A stretch of 64,000 nt of DNA from a bacterium. GTDB taxonomy: Bacteria; Patescibacteriota; Microgenomatia; UBA10105; UBA927. The DNA is taken from contig JAKAFY010000004.1 of the NCBI GenBank assembly GCA_021817785.1, positions 6,826 through 70,825 on the forward strand, written 5' to 3'. Of the stretch, positions 48,729 through 57,191 are shown piece by piece; the first letter of the stretch is position 1; each line of letters starts with the position of its first letter. The notes beneath the pieces were generated by a model. That model had not been told where the DNA came from. It worked only from the letters and a program-made list of their open reading frames with translations, and made no database searches. The position numbers were made by a program, and so were the translations under genes.

Positions 48729-49439
48729 TTATTTTTTTGTACCGACTAATAGTACCATCCCGGTATACCCATCCCGCAAAGGTTCTTTTGCCCTTGGAAT
48801 ATGATACATCGTTACTGAATCACAGTGCGGCGTAAAAACACACTCAAGTAATTTCTTATGTACCGGATATGCGGGGAAATGAATTGGTCCGACGGAATAT
48901 CCGCAAGAATTTTCCATGAACGCTGCCACGAACATTCCTTTCGGCTTTGCAGAACGGATAAAATTATCACACGCAACCTCAAATTCAAGCGCGCTTGACG
49001 TGATAGATTCGGCACAAAAAAACATCATCACTACGTCATACGCTTTGTCCGGTCGTTTCAGTATTGATCCTTTTCGGATAACTACGTTCTGCCTTAGCCT
49101 TGCTATTGAACGTTTCTTATATCGGATATTTAATGATGACATATACGCACTAAAGGCATTCCAATACACGCTCGGCTTATGTAATTGACGGGTTAAGAAA
49201 TCAATATTTCTGGAACTTATTTCCAGGCAATCTATTGTCGATGCATATGGAGATATTGCCATCAACGGATAAAGGTTCGGTCCGGTACCTATATCCAACA
49301 CACGACATCCTCCGGATAATTTTTTTTCAAAATACGGCACTAATATATCTATAATCCGGCGATCTTCATCGTGTAAGTCAACATAATTGTCTCGCACATA
49401 AATTTCCGGATCAAATAGTTCCCACAAATGGTTCGTCAT
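48729..49439 (-). CDS. NNMT/PNMT/TEMT-type small-molecule methyltransferase
   Basis: W..FDP..Y..DNY, LDIGTGPNLYP, MFFCAESIT and YTGM motifs. Confidence 0.75.
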   Translation of the reverse strand: MTNHLWELFDPEIYVRDNYVDLHDEDRRIIDILVPYFEKKLSGGCRVLDIGTGPNLYPLMAISPYASTIDCLEISSRNIDFLTRQLHKPSVYWNAFSAYMSSLNIRYKKRSIARLRQNVVIRKGSILKRPDKAYDVVMMFFCAESITSSALEFEVACDNFIRSAKPKGMFVAAFMENSCGYSVGPIHFPAYPVHKKLLECVFTPHCDSVTMYHIPRAKEPLRDGYTGMVLLVGTKK

Positions 49440-49474
49440 AATGAGGCAAAGTGTACAAAACAACGTGTCCGTAG

Positions 49475-49509
49475 TATACTTGTCGTCGCTTTCGTCCGAC
49501 AAAAGCGAC
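49475..49509 (+). promoter_or_regulatory. -10 box and inverted-repeat operator between the methyltransferase and the TrmB-like gene
   Basis: TATACT at 49475-80 followed by GTCGCTTT-CGTCCGACA-AAAGCGAC at 49485-49509. Confidence 0.55.
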
Positions 49510-49515
49510 ATTATT

Positions 49516-50304
49516 ATGAATACTACATCACTGGAAGAACATTTGGCGCAATTTGGCCTTTCCAAAGAAGAGACCGCAATATACCTGGCTCTTTCGGGTA
49601 AACCCGCCCATACCGCCCTTGAGCTATCCAGACTACTCCGGGTTCCCCGTACCACTATCTATGATCATGTGACGAGCCTCATCGAAAAAGGACTCGTTGA
49701 GAGGATTGTGAAGTACAAAAGTCAACAGTTCCAAGCATATCCCATAGACATACTTTCGCATACTATTGATCAGGAAAAATCTCATCTCGACAGACTTACC
49801 ATATCTTTCGAATATCTCAAGAACCATATCCATGAAAGCAGCGCTATACTATCAACATCAACTCAGGTTCGATATTACCATGGTGCCACTGGTGTCCGGC
49901 AGATGATGTGGAATACGCTTTCCGCCGTGAAAGAAAATATCGGGTATTCCGTCATGGGCCGACGGGAAATCGTAGGAAAAACGTTTCTCAAACGGTACCT
50001 CGAAGAAATGGACCGCCGACACATTCTGGATCGCGTCATTATTAATCCGAAAAAAGAAACGCTGCTCTACGCCACGGACGGCATACTATCAGTGCGGACA
50101 AAAAAGGTGGCACTGGAAAAAATTCGTGTGATACCGGCGGCTCAGTTGCACATAACCGGGGATACGACGATATATAACAATATATTTGCCGTCATGTATT
50201 GGCAGCACGATGAAATCGTCGGTGTCGAAATCGAGAATCCGGAACTTGTTGCCATGCAGAAATCTATCTTTGAAATGCTCTGGAAGCTTTCGAAACCGTT
50301 TTAA
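49516..50304 (+). CDS. TrmB-family transcriptional regulator
   Basis: FGLSKEETAIYLAL...VPRTTIYDHVTSLIEKGLV HTH; VRYYHG and IEN..LV.MQKSIFEMLW motifs. Confidence 0.88.
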   Translation: MNTTSLEEHLAQFGLSKEETAIYLALSGKPAHTALELSRLLRVPRTTIYDHVTSLIEKGLVERIVKYKSQQFQAYPIDILSHTIDQEKSHLDRLTISFEYLKNHIHESSAILSTSTQVRYYHGATGVRQMMWNTLSAVKENIGYSVMGRREIVGKTFLKRYLEEMDRRHILDRVIINPKKETLLYATDGILSVRTKKVALEKIRVIPAAQLHITGDTTIYNNIFAVMYWQHDEIVGVEIENPELVAMQKSIFEMLWKLSKPF

Positions 50305-50361
50305 ATACCGTAATATACTGTTGTAGATATCAGGTGCGGGGCATACTATGTTTACACATTC

Positions 50362-51249
50362 ATGAATTCCAAAACGCTCGCCATTACCGCACTTATCATC
50401 ACTGCCGCCGGATACGCATTGCTCTCCGTCGGCTCCCGGTTGCTCGCCGAAGGGTTTTTACCGATGACCCAGGTGTATATGAGGGTGACACTTGCGACCA
50501 TCGCGCTTATCATATTATTTCGTAAAAATCTGCGATGGAGAAAGCTCATATCCATGCCGCCACGTGATGCATGGGTACTTCTTTCTATGGGTACCATTGG
50601 CTTTTCCGTCGCCGTGTACTTTGTGACATTAGGCGCGCTGAATGCAAAACTGGTAAATGTATCTATTATTTTCGCATCGGTTCCGTTCTTTTCATACCTT
50701 TACGCGTTCCTGTTCCTCCACAAACCGTTAAACGCCAAACTTATCGGCCTTCTTATATTGTCTCTCGTGGGGATAGCCATTGTTGCGACCAAATCGTTCA
50801 TTCCTCATATTGCAACGTTTGGTACCGGAGAATTTTTTACTCTTGTCGCCACAGCCACTATGGCATGGTTTTACGTGGGCCGTAAACTACTAACAAAACA
50901 CCTCAACAACAATGAAATTACCGTCGTCGTTATGGCCATTGCATCCGTTTCCGCATTCGGATTCTCACTTGTTCGCGGTGAAACATTTTCGCCCTCTGCG
51001 TTTTCCAATATACATGTACTTGTAGGACTTATGATAGGCATCGCCATGAACGCGCTCGTTAACCCCATAGAAATATTCGCATTCGATCATTTGGACGCAG
51101 TCACCGGCAGTCAGATTTTACTTTTGGAAACCGTGTTCTCGCTTCTTCTCGGGTTCCTCCTGTATCATGAATATATATCCTTCCCCGAATTTGTCGGGGG
51201 GGTCATTGTCATCGGAAGCGTCTATCTGGCAAACAAAATGCCTGGCTAA
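50362..51249 (+). CDS. EamA/DMT-family transporter
   Basis: About 10 TM segments in two EamA halves. Confidence 0.85.
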   Translation: MNSKTLAITALIITAAGYALLSVGSRLLAEGFLPMTQVYMRVTLATIALIILFRKNLRWRKLISMPPRDAWVLLSMGTIGFSVAVYFVTLGALNAKLVNVSIIFASVPFFSYLYAFLFLHKPLNAKLIGLLILSLVGIAIVATKSFIPHIATFGTGEFFTLVATATMAWFYVGRKLLTKHLNNNEITVVVMAIASVSAFGFSLVRGETFSPSAFSNIHVLVGLMIGIAMNALVNPIEIFAFDHLDAVTGSQILLLETVFSLLLGFLLYHEYISFPEFVGGVIVIGSVYLANKMPG

Positions 51250-51263
51250 AAAAACGCTGCTTC

Positions 51264-51613
51264 TCCTCAACTCCTCTATTCCCCTGTTCTTCAATTGCTC
51301 AATTCATCTATTCCTCTGTTCATCATTTTCTTATGTTCTCAATGTCCCAATTTCTCGATACCCCAATTTCTCAATTTATCGATTGCTCGATTTACCAAAT
51401 TCTTGATTTCTAGATTACTCAACTTCCCGATTTCTCAAGTTCTCAACTTCTCGAGTTTCCATTTCCCCAATTTCTCAAGCCCCCGATGTTTCAAGTTCCC
51501 CATTTCTTCAGTTCACAAGTTTTAAGTTTTCAATTTCTTCAGTTCTCAATTTTTAAGTTCCCAATTTCTTCAGTTCTCATTTTTTTCAGTTCCCAATTTC
51601 CCGATTTCTCAAC
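51264..51613. repeat. Degenerate tandem octamer array (~44 units, consensus TTCYCRAT)
   Basis: Parsed by hand, e.g. TTCTCAAT GTCCCAAT TTCTCGAT ACCCCAAT TTCTCAAT TTATCGAT; only two 7-nt units break the phase. Confidence 0.88.
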
Positions 51614-51662
51614 ATCCTTCACCACGCATCCATTAATGTTATTCACTTAGTATTCCCATACC

Positions 51663-51700
51663 TTCTTTGTTACCATGTTTTGAAACATAGTAACAAAGAA
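51663..51700. repeat. Palindrome downstream of the TrpR-like gene
   Basis: TTCTTTGTTACCATGTTTTGAAACATAGTAACAAAGAA. Confidence 0.85.
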
Positions 51701-51702
51701 TA

Positions 51703-52146
51703 TTAGAACGCTTTCTGACTTGCCATCTTTGCTTCCCAACGGCGCTTTCTCCAGCTTCTCCAGTCCCGTCCCACAGGAGGAAACATATCTGCAAGCGCAT
51801 CATCAATTTTTTGGATAAATGCTTTTAATTCCTCTTTACGGAGCAGTGACCCGACCACCGCCAAATAGCCGCCCTTGCCCGACTGCAGCATTACACTCAC
51901 TTTGCTCACCGTTCCCAGGCTTACTTTCAGCCAGCGCGATATCGTGCGTTGGTCGTAATGTTTCAGGAGAAGCAGAGCGATAGAAAGTCGCTTTGCGATC
52001 ATCAGCCGCTCCGTCGGGGAAAGTAGATCTCCTAATAACCGGCTCACCGTATCCCGGCTCTTTGCCGCAGCGATGCTTTCCATGAGGACTTCATATACAC
52101 GCATTTCCACTTCCTTACGGAGAGGAATCCTAGACACCTGCGTCAT
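51703..52146 (-). CDS. TrpR/YerC-like helix-turn-helix protein
   Basis: DLLSPTERLMIAKRLSIA.LL...DQRTISRWLKVSLGTVSKV motif. Confidence 0.85.
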   Translation of the reverse strand: MTQVSRIPLRKEVEMRVYEVLMESIAAAKSRDTVSRLLGDLLSPTERLMIAKRLSIALLLLKHYDQRTISRWLKVSLGTVSKVSVMLQSGKGGYLAVVGSLLRKEELKAFIQKIDDALADMFPPVGRDWRSWRKRRWEAKMASQKAF

Positions 52147-52156
52147 ACATTCCTAC

Positions 52157-52182
52157 GTTACCATGTTTTAAAACATGGTAAC
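52157..52182. promoter_or_regulatory. Perfect 26-bp palindrome upstream of the TrpR-like gene (putative operator)
   Basis: GTTACCATGTTTTAAAACATGGTAAC, 10 bp from the start codon. Confidence 0.75.
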
Positions 52183-52254
52183 AAGAGATGTGGATATCCA
52201 ATGCAGTCATTTTCATATAAAATAAACGTGCAGGCGGCATCATTCATTTGCATC

Positions 52255-53112
52255 ATGAAATTATCCAAAGGATTTATCTATACGTTTCTGACATCCCTTT
52301 GCTGGGCTATCAGCATCGTGCTGGCACGCATCGTACTAAGCCACGGCGAAAACCCGTATAACCTGGCGTTCTGGACGTCCATTCTTGCCGCTCCGTACTG
52401 GCTATATCTTTTTTCCACGGAGCGCAAAAACGTACAACGGCTTACGGCCAAAGACATCGCGATCCTTTTCGGCATGGCGGCCATCAGTTCCGTCGGAGTT
52501 ACGTTCGTGGAAGCGTTCGCCCTCACCTACAGTCCTGCGGTAAATTATTCATTTCTCATACGCATGGTTTCCGTTTTCGTTATCATCTTTGCCGCAATAT
52601 TTCTGCATGAAAAAATCACGAGAAAAAAAGTTATTCTTTTAGCGACCATCCTTGCCGGTGCCTATTTGCTGACGACCAACGGACGTGAGCTGCACCTGAC
52701 CACCGGCGACATGTTCACGCTTCTGGAGGCCATGCTTCTGGCCATCGGAAACGGCGTCCTCATCAAACTTGCTACCAACAGGATGACGCCGAATCTCGGC
52801 TCATCTGCCAGAGTGCTTATCGCGCTTATCCCGATGATACTTATCGCCATGACACATACCTCGCTTCATGTACCCCGGGAATTTTTGCTGGTTCTCGGCA
52901 TCACCGTATGCGATTTTGCGCTCACCTATTTTCAGTTCCGTGCGTTTAGACATGCGACCGCGTCGTTTGTGACGATGATCATGTCGTTTACTCCGGTACT
53001 TGTCGCCATCATGGCCGTACCGGTGCTCAGGGAGACATTAAGTCCCATCCAGCTTGCCGGGGGCGTTCTCATTATTTCAGCAGGCGTTCTTGTGGAAAAA
53101 CTGAAAGTGTAG
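52255..53112 (+). CDS. EamA/DMT-family transporter
   Basis: Paralog of 24895-25764 (GENPYNL, PAVNYSFL and ASFVTMI motifs). Confidence 0.85.
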   Translation: MKLSKGFIYTFLTSLCWAISIVLARIVLSHGENPYNLAFWTSILAAPYWLYLFSTERKNVQRLTAKDIAILFGMAAISSVGVTFVEAFALTYSPAVNYSFLIRMVSVFVIIFAAIFLHEKITRKKVILLATILAGAYLLTTNGRELHLTTGDMFTLLEAMLLAIGNGVLIKLATNRMTPNLGSSARVLIALIPMILIAMTHTSLHVPREFLLVLGITVCDFALTYFQFRAFRHATASFVTMIMSFTPVLVAIMAVPVLRETLSPIQLAGGVLIISAGVLVEKLKV

Positions 53113-53121
53113 CATATACCT

Positions 53122-54510
53122 ATGAAGCGTCGTTTCATCGATTATCTTGCCTACGCCTTTATCGCCCTCTACACCCTGGCCGCCATACTCGTTTCCGTGA
53201 ACCGCTTCTGGCAATACGAGGTGTTTTACTATGACTTCGGCATATTTGATTCTGCGATATGGAGTGTCGCGCACTTCCGACCACCTGTCATTGATCACTT
53301 CGTCATCGGCGGCAAATGGATATTTGCCGATCATTTCAGCCCCAGTATGTTTTTGCTTTCCCCCATCTACTGGTTTACTGCTCGTCCGGAAGCGCTCCTT
53401 ATCGCACAGGCGGTAGCCGTTGGACTTAGTGCGCTCGTGTTGTATTTGTTAGCTAAACACGTTCTTAAATCGTCATTTATCTCTCTTGCTATCTTGCTTT
53501 CTTACTTATTATTTATCGGCACCCAAAACGCGCTGATTGCTGATATCCACGAAGTCACGTTTATGATGCTGCCGCTCTCTCTCGTTTTCTATGCGATCGT
53601 CACCAAACGGCCGAAACTTTTTTGGGTCATGTTTTTCATCACGTTGGGATTCAAGGAAAGTGCCGCGCTGCTCGGCGTGGGAATCGCGTTCCTTATCGTG
53701 TTGTATAACAGACGCTGGTGGAAAACAGCTGTTCTGGTCGGGGTCATATCGGTTGTCTGGGGTATACTTACGACCCAGGTTATTATTCCGTATTTTTTCG
53801 GGAACAGATATTTCTACACCCCCACCTTCGATCATAATCCATGGGTAGTCTTCTGGTCGTTGTTTGACGATCCGGTCAAACGGAAGACGTTACTTCTTTC
53901 GTTTACCAGTTTCGGATTTCTGCCCGCACTCTATCTCCCAGCCTGGCCGCTTATGCTGCAGGATATCGCCGCACGCTTTATGCAGAAAGACTTCACGCTC
54001 CGATGGGGACTGGGTCTGCATTACAGTGCGCAACTTTCCGTCATCATGGCTTTTTCCTCTATTATGGCGGCTGATTTTCTGAAGAAACATATACCCCGGC
54101 TCGGCATCATTGCGGGAGCGACACTCCTTACCCTGCTATCCGTGTACCTGCACCAGTTCAAACTGCACGGGCCGTTGGGTCTTTCATACAACCGCGCATT
54201 TTACGCGAATACAAAAAATTTTGCGTTCTTAAACACCCTCATCGCGCGTATTCCGAAGGGCACTACCGTCATGACGCAAAACGACATCGCGCCGCACATG
54301 ATCCACACCCACAAGGTATATCTTCTTCGTGCGGTATACGATTCGTTCTTACCGGAGTACTTTGTGCTGGATCTTAGAGCCGGACAAAATTTCAATGACT
54401 TCTTTGGCGCGGATATAGAAGCGCTCAAACTTACGCTGCCGCATGACACGCGCTACCGGCTTATTTACAGCACGAAAGAACAGTTTATCTACCAGCGGAA
54501 ATCCGATTAA
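53122..54510 (+). CDS. DUF2079 membrane protein (GT-C-like)
   Basis: YDFGIFDSAIW, DHFSP, DIHEV, KE and LHYSA motifs. Confidence 0.85.
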   Translation: MKRRFIDYLAYAFIALYTLAAILVSVNRFWQYEVFYYDFGIFDSAIWSVAHFRPPVIDHFVIGGKWIFADHFSPSMFLLSPIYWFTARPEALLIAQAVAVGLSALVLYLLAKHVLKSSFISLAILLSYLLFIGTQNALIADIHEVTFMMLPLSLVFYAIVTKRPKLFWVMFFITLGFKESAALLGVGIAFLIVLYNRRWWKTAVLVGVISVVWGILTTQVIIPYFFGNRYFYTPTFDHNPWVVFWSLFDDPVKRKTLLLSFTSFGFLPALYLPAWPLMLQDIAARFMQKDFTLRWGLGLHYSAQLSVIMAFSSIMAADFLKKHIPRLGIIAGATLLTLLSVYLHQFKLHGPLGLSYNRAFYANTKNFAFLNTLIARIPKGTTVMTQNDIAPHMIHTHKVYLLRAVYDSFLPEYFVLDLRAGQNFNDFFGADIEALKLTLPHDTRYRLIYSTKEQFIYQRKSD

Positions 54511-55691
54511 AGAAGGTTATATGTTTTGGCAAATATCTCCAAGCGGTCAAATGCACTGTGGATGACGGATGCATCTGCAGCAAACGACATCCGCACACAC
54601 CCGGCTCCCGATGGCCCCATACCGCTCCCGGGTATCAGGATTACCCTTGCTTCGTCCACGACTTTTTTTGCAAATTCCATGGCCGGCATATCAAATCCGT
54701 GGTATGTGGCGAATATATAATACGCGCCGTCCGGTTTATGATAGGAAAACAACTTCGGCAACCGGTCCAGACGTTCACATATGGCCTGCTTGCTTTCCGT
54801 AATTTTTTTCTTTAGCTCTTCCGAATACATCTTCCCGCGGGGGTCGGAAAGGGCGGCGGTAGCTGCCACGATCGACGGCGTCGGCGGGCACACGCTCGTA
54901 TATATACCGACCGCATGAATTTTCTGTATCAATTCCGGCGTCGCATACGCATACCCCACCCGCCATCCGGTCATGGCATACTCTTTGGAAAAACTCCGGC
55001 AAAGAATGACGTTATTTCGTATCTCCGGCAAACGCAGTGGACTGAATAATTTCTTGTCATATGTCAGAAAAAAATATGCCTCATCCAAAAGGAGCATCAC
55101 GTCATATTCCAATACGATCGACACAAGCTCCCGCACGTCCTTCTCAGACAGCACGGTCCCCGTGGGATTATTTGGGTTGGTTAAAATAATAAGCTTCGTT
55201 TTTTTGGTCATCGCCTTCCGAAGTTTTTCGATGCTGAATCCCCATCCGGAGGCTTCATCATACGGGACAAATACGGGAGTAGCTTCCGCCAAATGCAGTT
55301 GTGACAGATGCAGTGCATAGCCCGGCTCAAAGTAAATTACTTCATCCCCTTTTTCCACTAACGACAATATAGACGCAAACAATGCTCCTACGCCGCCGAC
55401 CGTTATATCCAGCCGTTCTGCTTCGGGCGTAAAGCCATACTCTTCCTCCATCTGCTTGGCGATAAGGGATTTCAGCGTATCTTCTATATCTGCCTTCGTA
55501 TCGGAATACATCCCGACGAGCGGGTTCTTTTTGGCCTCACGTATGAGATAGTCGTAAATAAAAGGTGGGGTGGGAAACAATGGCGTGCCCTGTCCCAGGG
55601 ATACGGCATCCGGATATTTTGACGCATAGCGCATCATATATCCGATACCGGAATTCGGCAGATCGGTAACCCGTGCGGTGAATCTATTCAT
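54507..55691 (-). CDS. PLP-dependent aminotransferase class I/II
   Basis: SLGQGTP, NPNNPTG, DEAY and SFSKEYAMTGWRVG motifs. Confidence 0.93.
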   Translation of the reverse strand: MNRFTARVTDLPNSGIGYMMRYASKYPDAVSLGQGTPLFPTPPFIYDYLIREAKKNPLVGMYSDTKADIEDTLKSLIAKQMEEEYGFTPEAERLDITVGGVGALFASILSLVEKGDEVIYFEPGYALHLSQLHLAEATPVFVPYDEASGWGFSIEKLRKAMTKKTKLIILTNPNNPTGTVLSEKDVRELVSIVLEYDVMLLLDEAYFFLTYDKKLFSPLRLPEIRNNVILCRSFSKEYAMTGWRVGYAYATPELIQKIHAVGIYTSVCPPTPSIVAATAALSDPRGKMYSEELKKKITESKQAICERLDRLPKLFSYHKPDGAYYIFATYHGFDMPAMEFAKKVVDEARVILIPGSGMGPSGAGCVRMSFAADASVIHSAFDRLEIFAKTYNLL

Positions 55692-55705
55692 GCCAGGAGA
55701 TTATA

Positions 55706-56086
55706 CTACTTTTTCTTCGGAAGATTCGTAAATTTCTGTCGGATGTTTTTGGTCGTCTCCACGCCCTTATGCTGGATCGCCTCGATGTGGGCCAATGCCG
55801 TATCTATTTTTTCGACGGTCGCATCGGTCATTTCATCCCGTTTATCTTCCAGGGTGTCCATCACCCGTGCTTTCATCGCTTCACCTTTTTTCACTAACTC
55901 TTTCCCGCTTTGCTCAAGTTCTTCCAGTTTCTCATCCAGATCATCCAGGACATCTTTTCCTTTGTGCTCCAGAAGTTTTTCCATCTTCTTGCCTTCTTTG
56001 GTTCCCAGGAAAAATACGATGAGTGCCCCAATGAGTCCCCCGAGGAAAAATCCGAACATAAATTTACCTTCATGATGTTCACTCAT
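55706..56086 (-). CDS. YtxH-domain protein
   Basis: KFMFGFFLGGLIGA..T.EGK followed by a coiled coil. Confidence 0.8.
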   Translation of the reverse strand: MSEHHEGKFMFGFFLGGLIGALIVFFLGTKEGKKMEKLLEHKGKDVLDDLDEKLEELEQSGKELVKKGEAMKARVMDTLEDKRDEMTDATVEKIDTALAHIEAIQHKGVETTKNIRQKFTNLPKKK

Positions 56087-56168
56087 AGTTTTCCTTTCTT
56101 AGAAACTGGTCCGATTCATATCGGCTTCCTGTTTCTTAGATCCTCCGTAGCGTTATGCGAAGGAAAGC

Positions 56169-56435
56169 TTATTCGTATTCTTCGTCTTTCTCTTTTTTTC
56201 GAAATACCTTAAATACGGAAAGCGCCGCGCGTATACCGCTTGCCACTCCCGCCATGCCGCTTACCGAATCTCCGACGGTCAGCGTCACCTTTTTGGCGTC
56301 ATCGAGCATGCTGTTCATTTTGACGAGAGACGTGCGGATTTCTTTGAAGATATACCATACCTGAACTCCCAAAACGACGAGAAGCAATGTGAGGATAAAA
56401 CTGATGATGATGATTGTTAACTGTACAGGATCCAT
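56169..56435 (-). CDS. Small membrane protein (DUF948-like)
   Basis: TM segment followed by an amphipathic helix; directly upstream of the YtxH gene. Confidence 0.65.
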   Translation of the reverse strand: MDPVQLTIIIISFILTLLLVVLGVQVWYIFKEIRTSLVKMNSMLDDAKKVTLTVGDSVSGMAGVASGIRAALSVFKVFRKKEKDEEYE

Positions 56436-56474
56436 AGGCAGGTCTATTTAGTATTACCGAAAATACGCTCCGCG

Positions 56475-57113
56475 TCAAGGTTGGTATCCGACTTCCCTGG
56501 TTATCGTGGTCACTTTTCCGAATCTGCTGGTTGCGGTGATGACTATTTTATTGACCCCCGGGTCTATAGCCACTTGGTCATAAAACCGCCCGTCATCCCG
56601 CACGACGGTAGAAACTCCGTTGATCATCACCGTCGCATCCGAGTCCGTTTTTCCCTCTACCACGACATGCTGTTCGGATACGATTGCCTGGTTTACCGGA
56701 GCCGAAACCGAAAGCGGCGGCGACTGGCCGATGCGCACGTATTGGCTGCCAAGATACACGAAAAATACGACCAGAAGCAGCGTCACGAGAAATCCGATGA
56801 ACCGGCCCGGTGTAAGCTTCACAAACGGTGCGTTCAGCGGATCAGACACTCCTTTGGGAAGCAGTGTCGCTTTGGGCGCTTCGGTCATCTGCCGTCGGAA
56901 AAAAGCCATCACGGAGTCTGTCGGTAAGCCTAAATATTCCGCATAGTTGCGCACAAATCCTTTGGCATACGATGGCGACGGCAAATCCCGGAAATTATCC
57001 GCTTCTATGGCCAGGATAAATTTTTCGCGGATTTTTATCGCGTGCTCTATGTCCTGCGGGGTCAATCCTTTCGCAAGACGCTTTTCCTTCAACATGATGC
57101 CGACGGTTTTCAT
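56475..57113 (-). CDS. rodZ: RodZ-like HTH membrane protein
   Basis: IKIREKFILAIE..F..LPS..YAKGFVRNYAEYLGL, a TM segment and an Ig-like C-terminus; downstream of ftsK. Confidence 0.8.
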   Translation of the reverse strand: MKTVGIMLKEKRLAKGLTPQDIEHAIKIREKFILAIEADNFRDLPSPSYAKGFVRNYAEYLGLPTDSVMAFFRRQMTEAPKATLLPKGVSDPLNAPFVKLTPGRFIGFLVTLLLVVFFVYLGSQYVRIGQSPPLSVSAPVNQAIVSEQHVVVEGKTDSDATVMINGVSTVVRDDGRFYDQVAIDPGVNKIVITATSRFGKVTTITREVGYQP

Positions 57114-57191
57114 AAATAGTAGAAGCTTGGTATGCTTAGCAGCTTAGGAGCTTAGATGATCAATGTTTCTAAACTTCTATGAACTAAACTT

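Noticed and set aside
51167-51525. ORFs 51167-51406 and 51295-51525
   Set aside because: Phe/Ser/Leu/Asn-rich translations of the octamer array with no credible start context.
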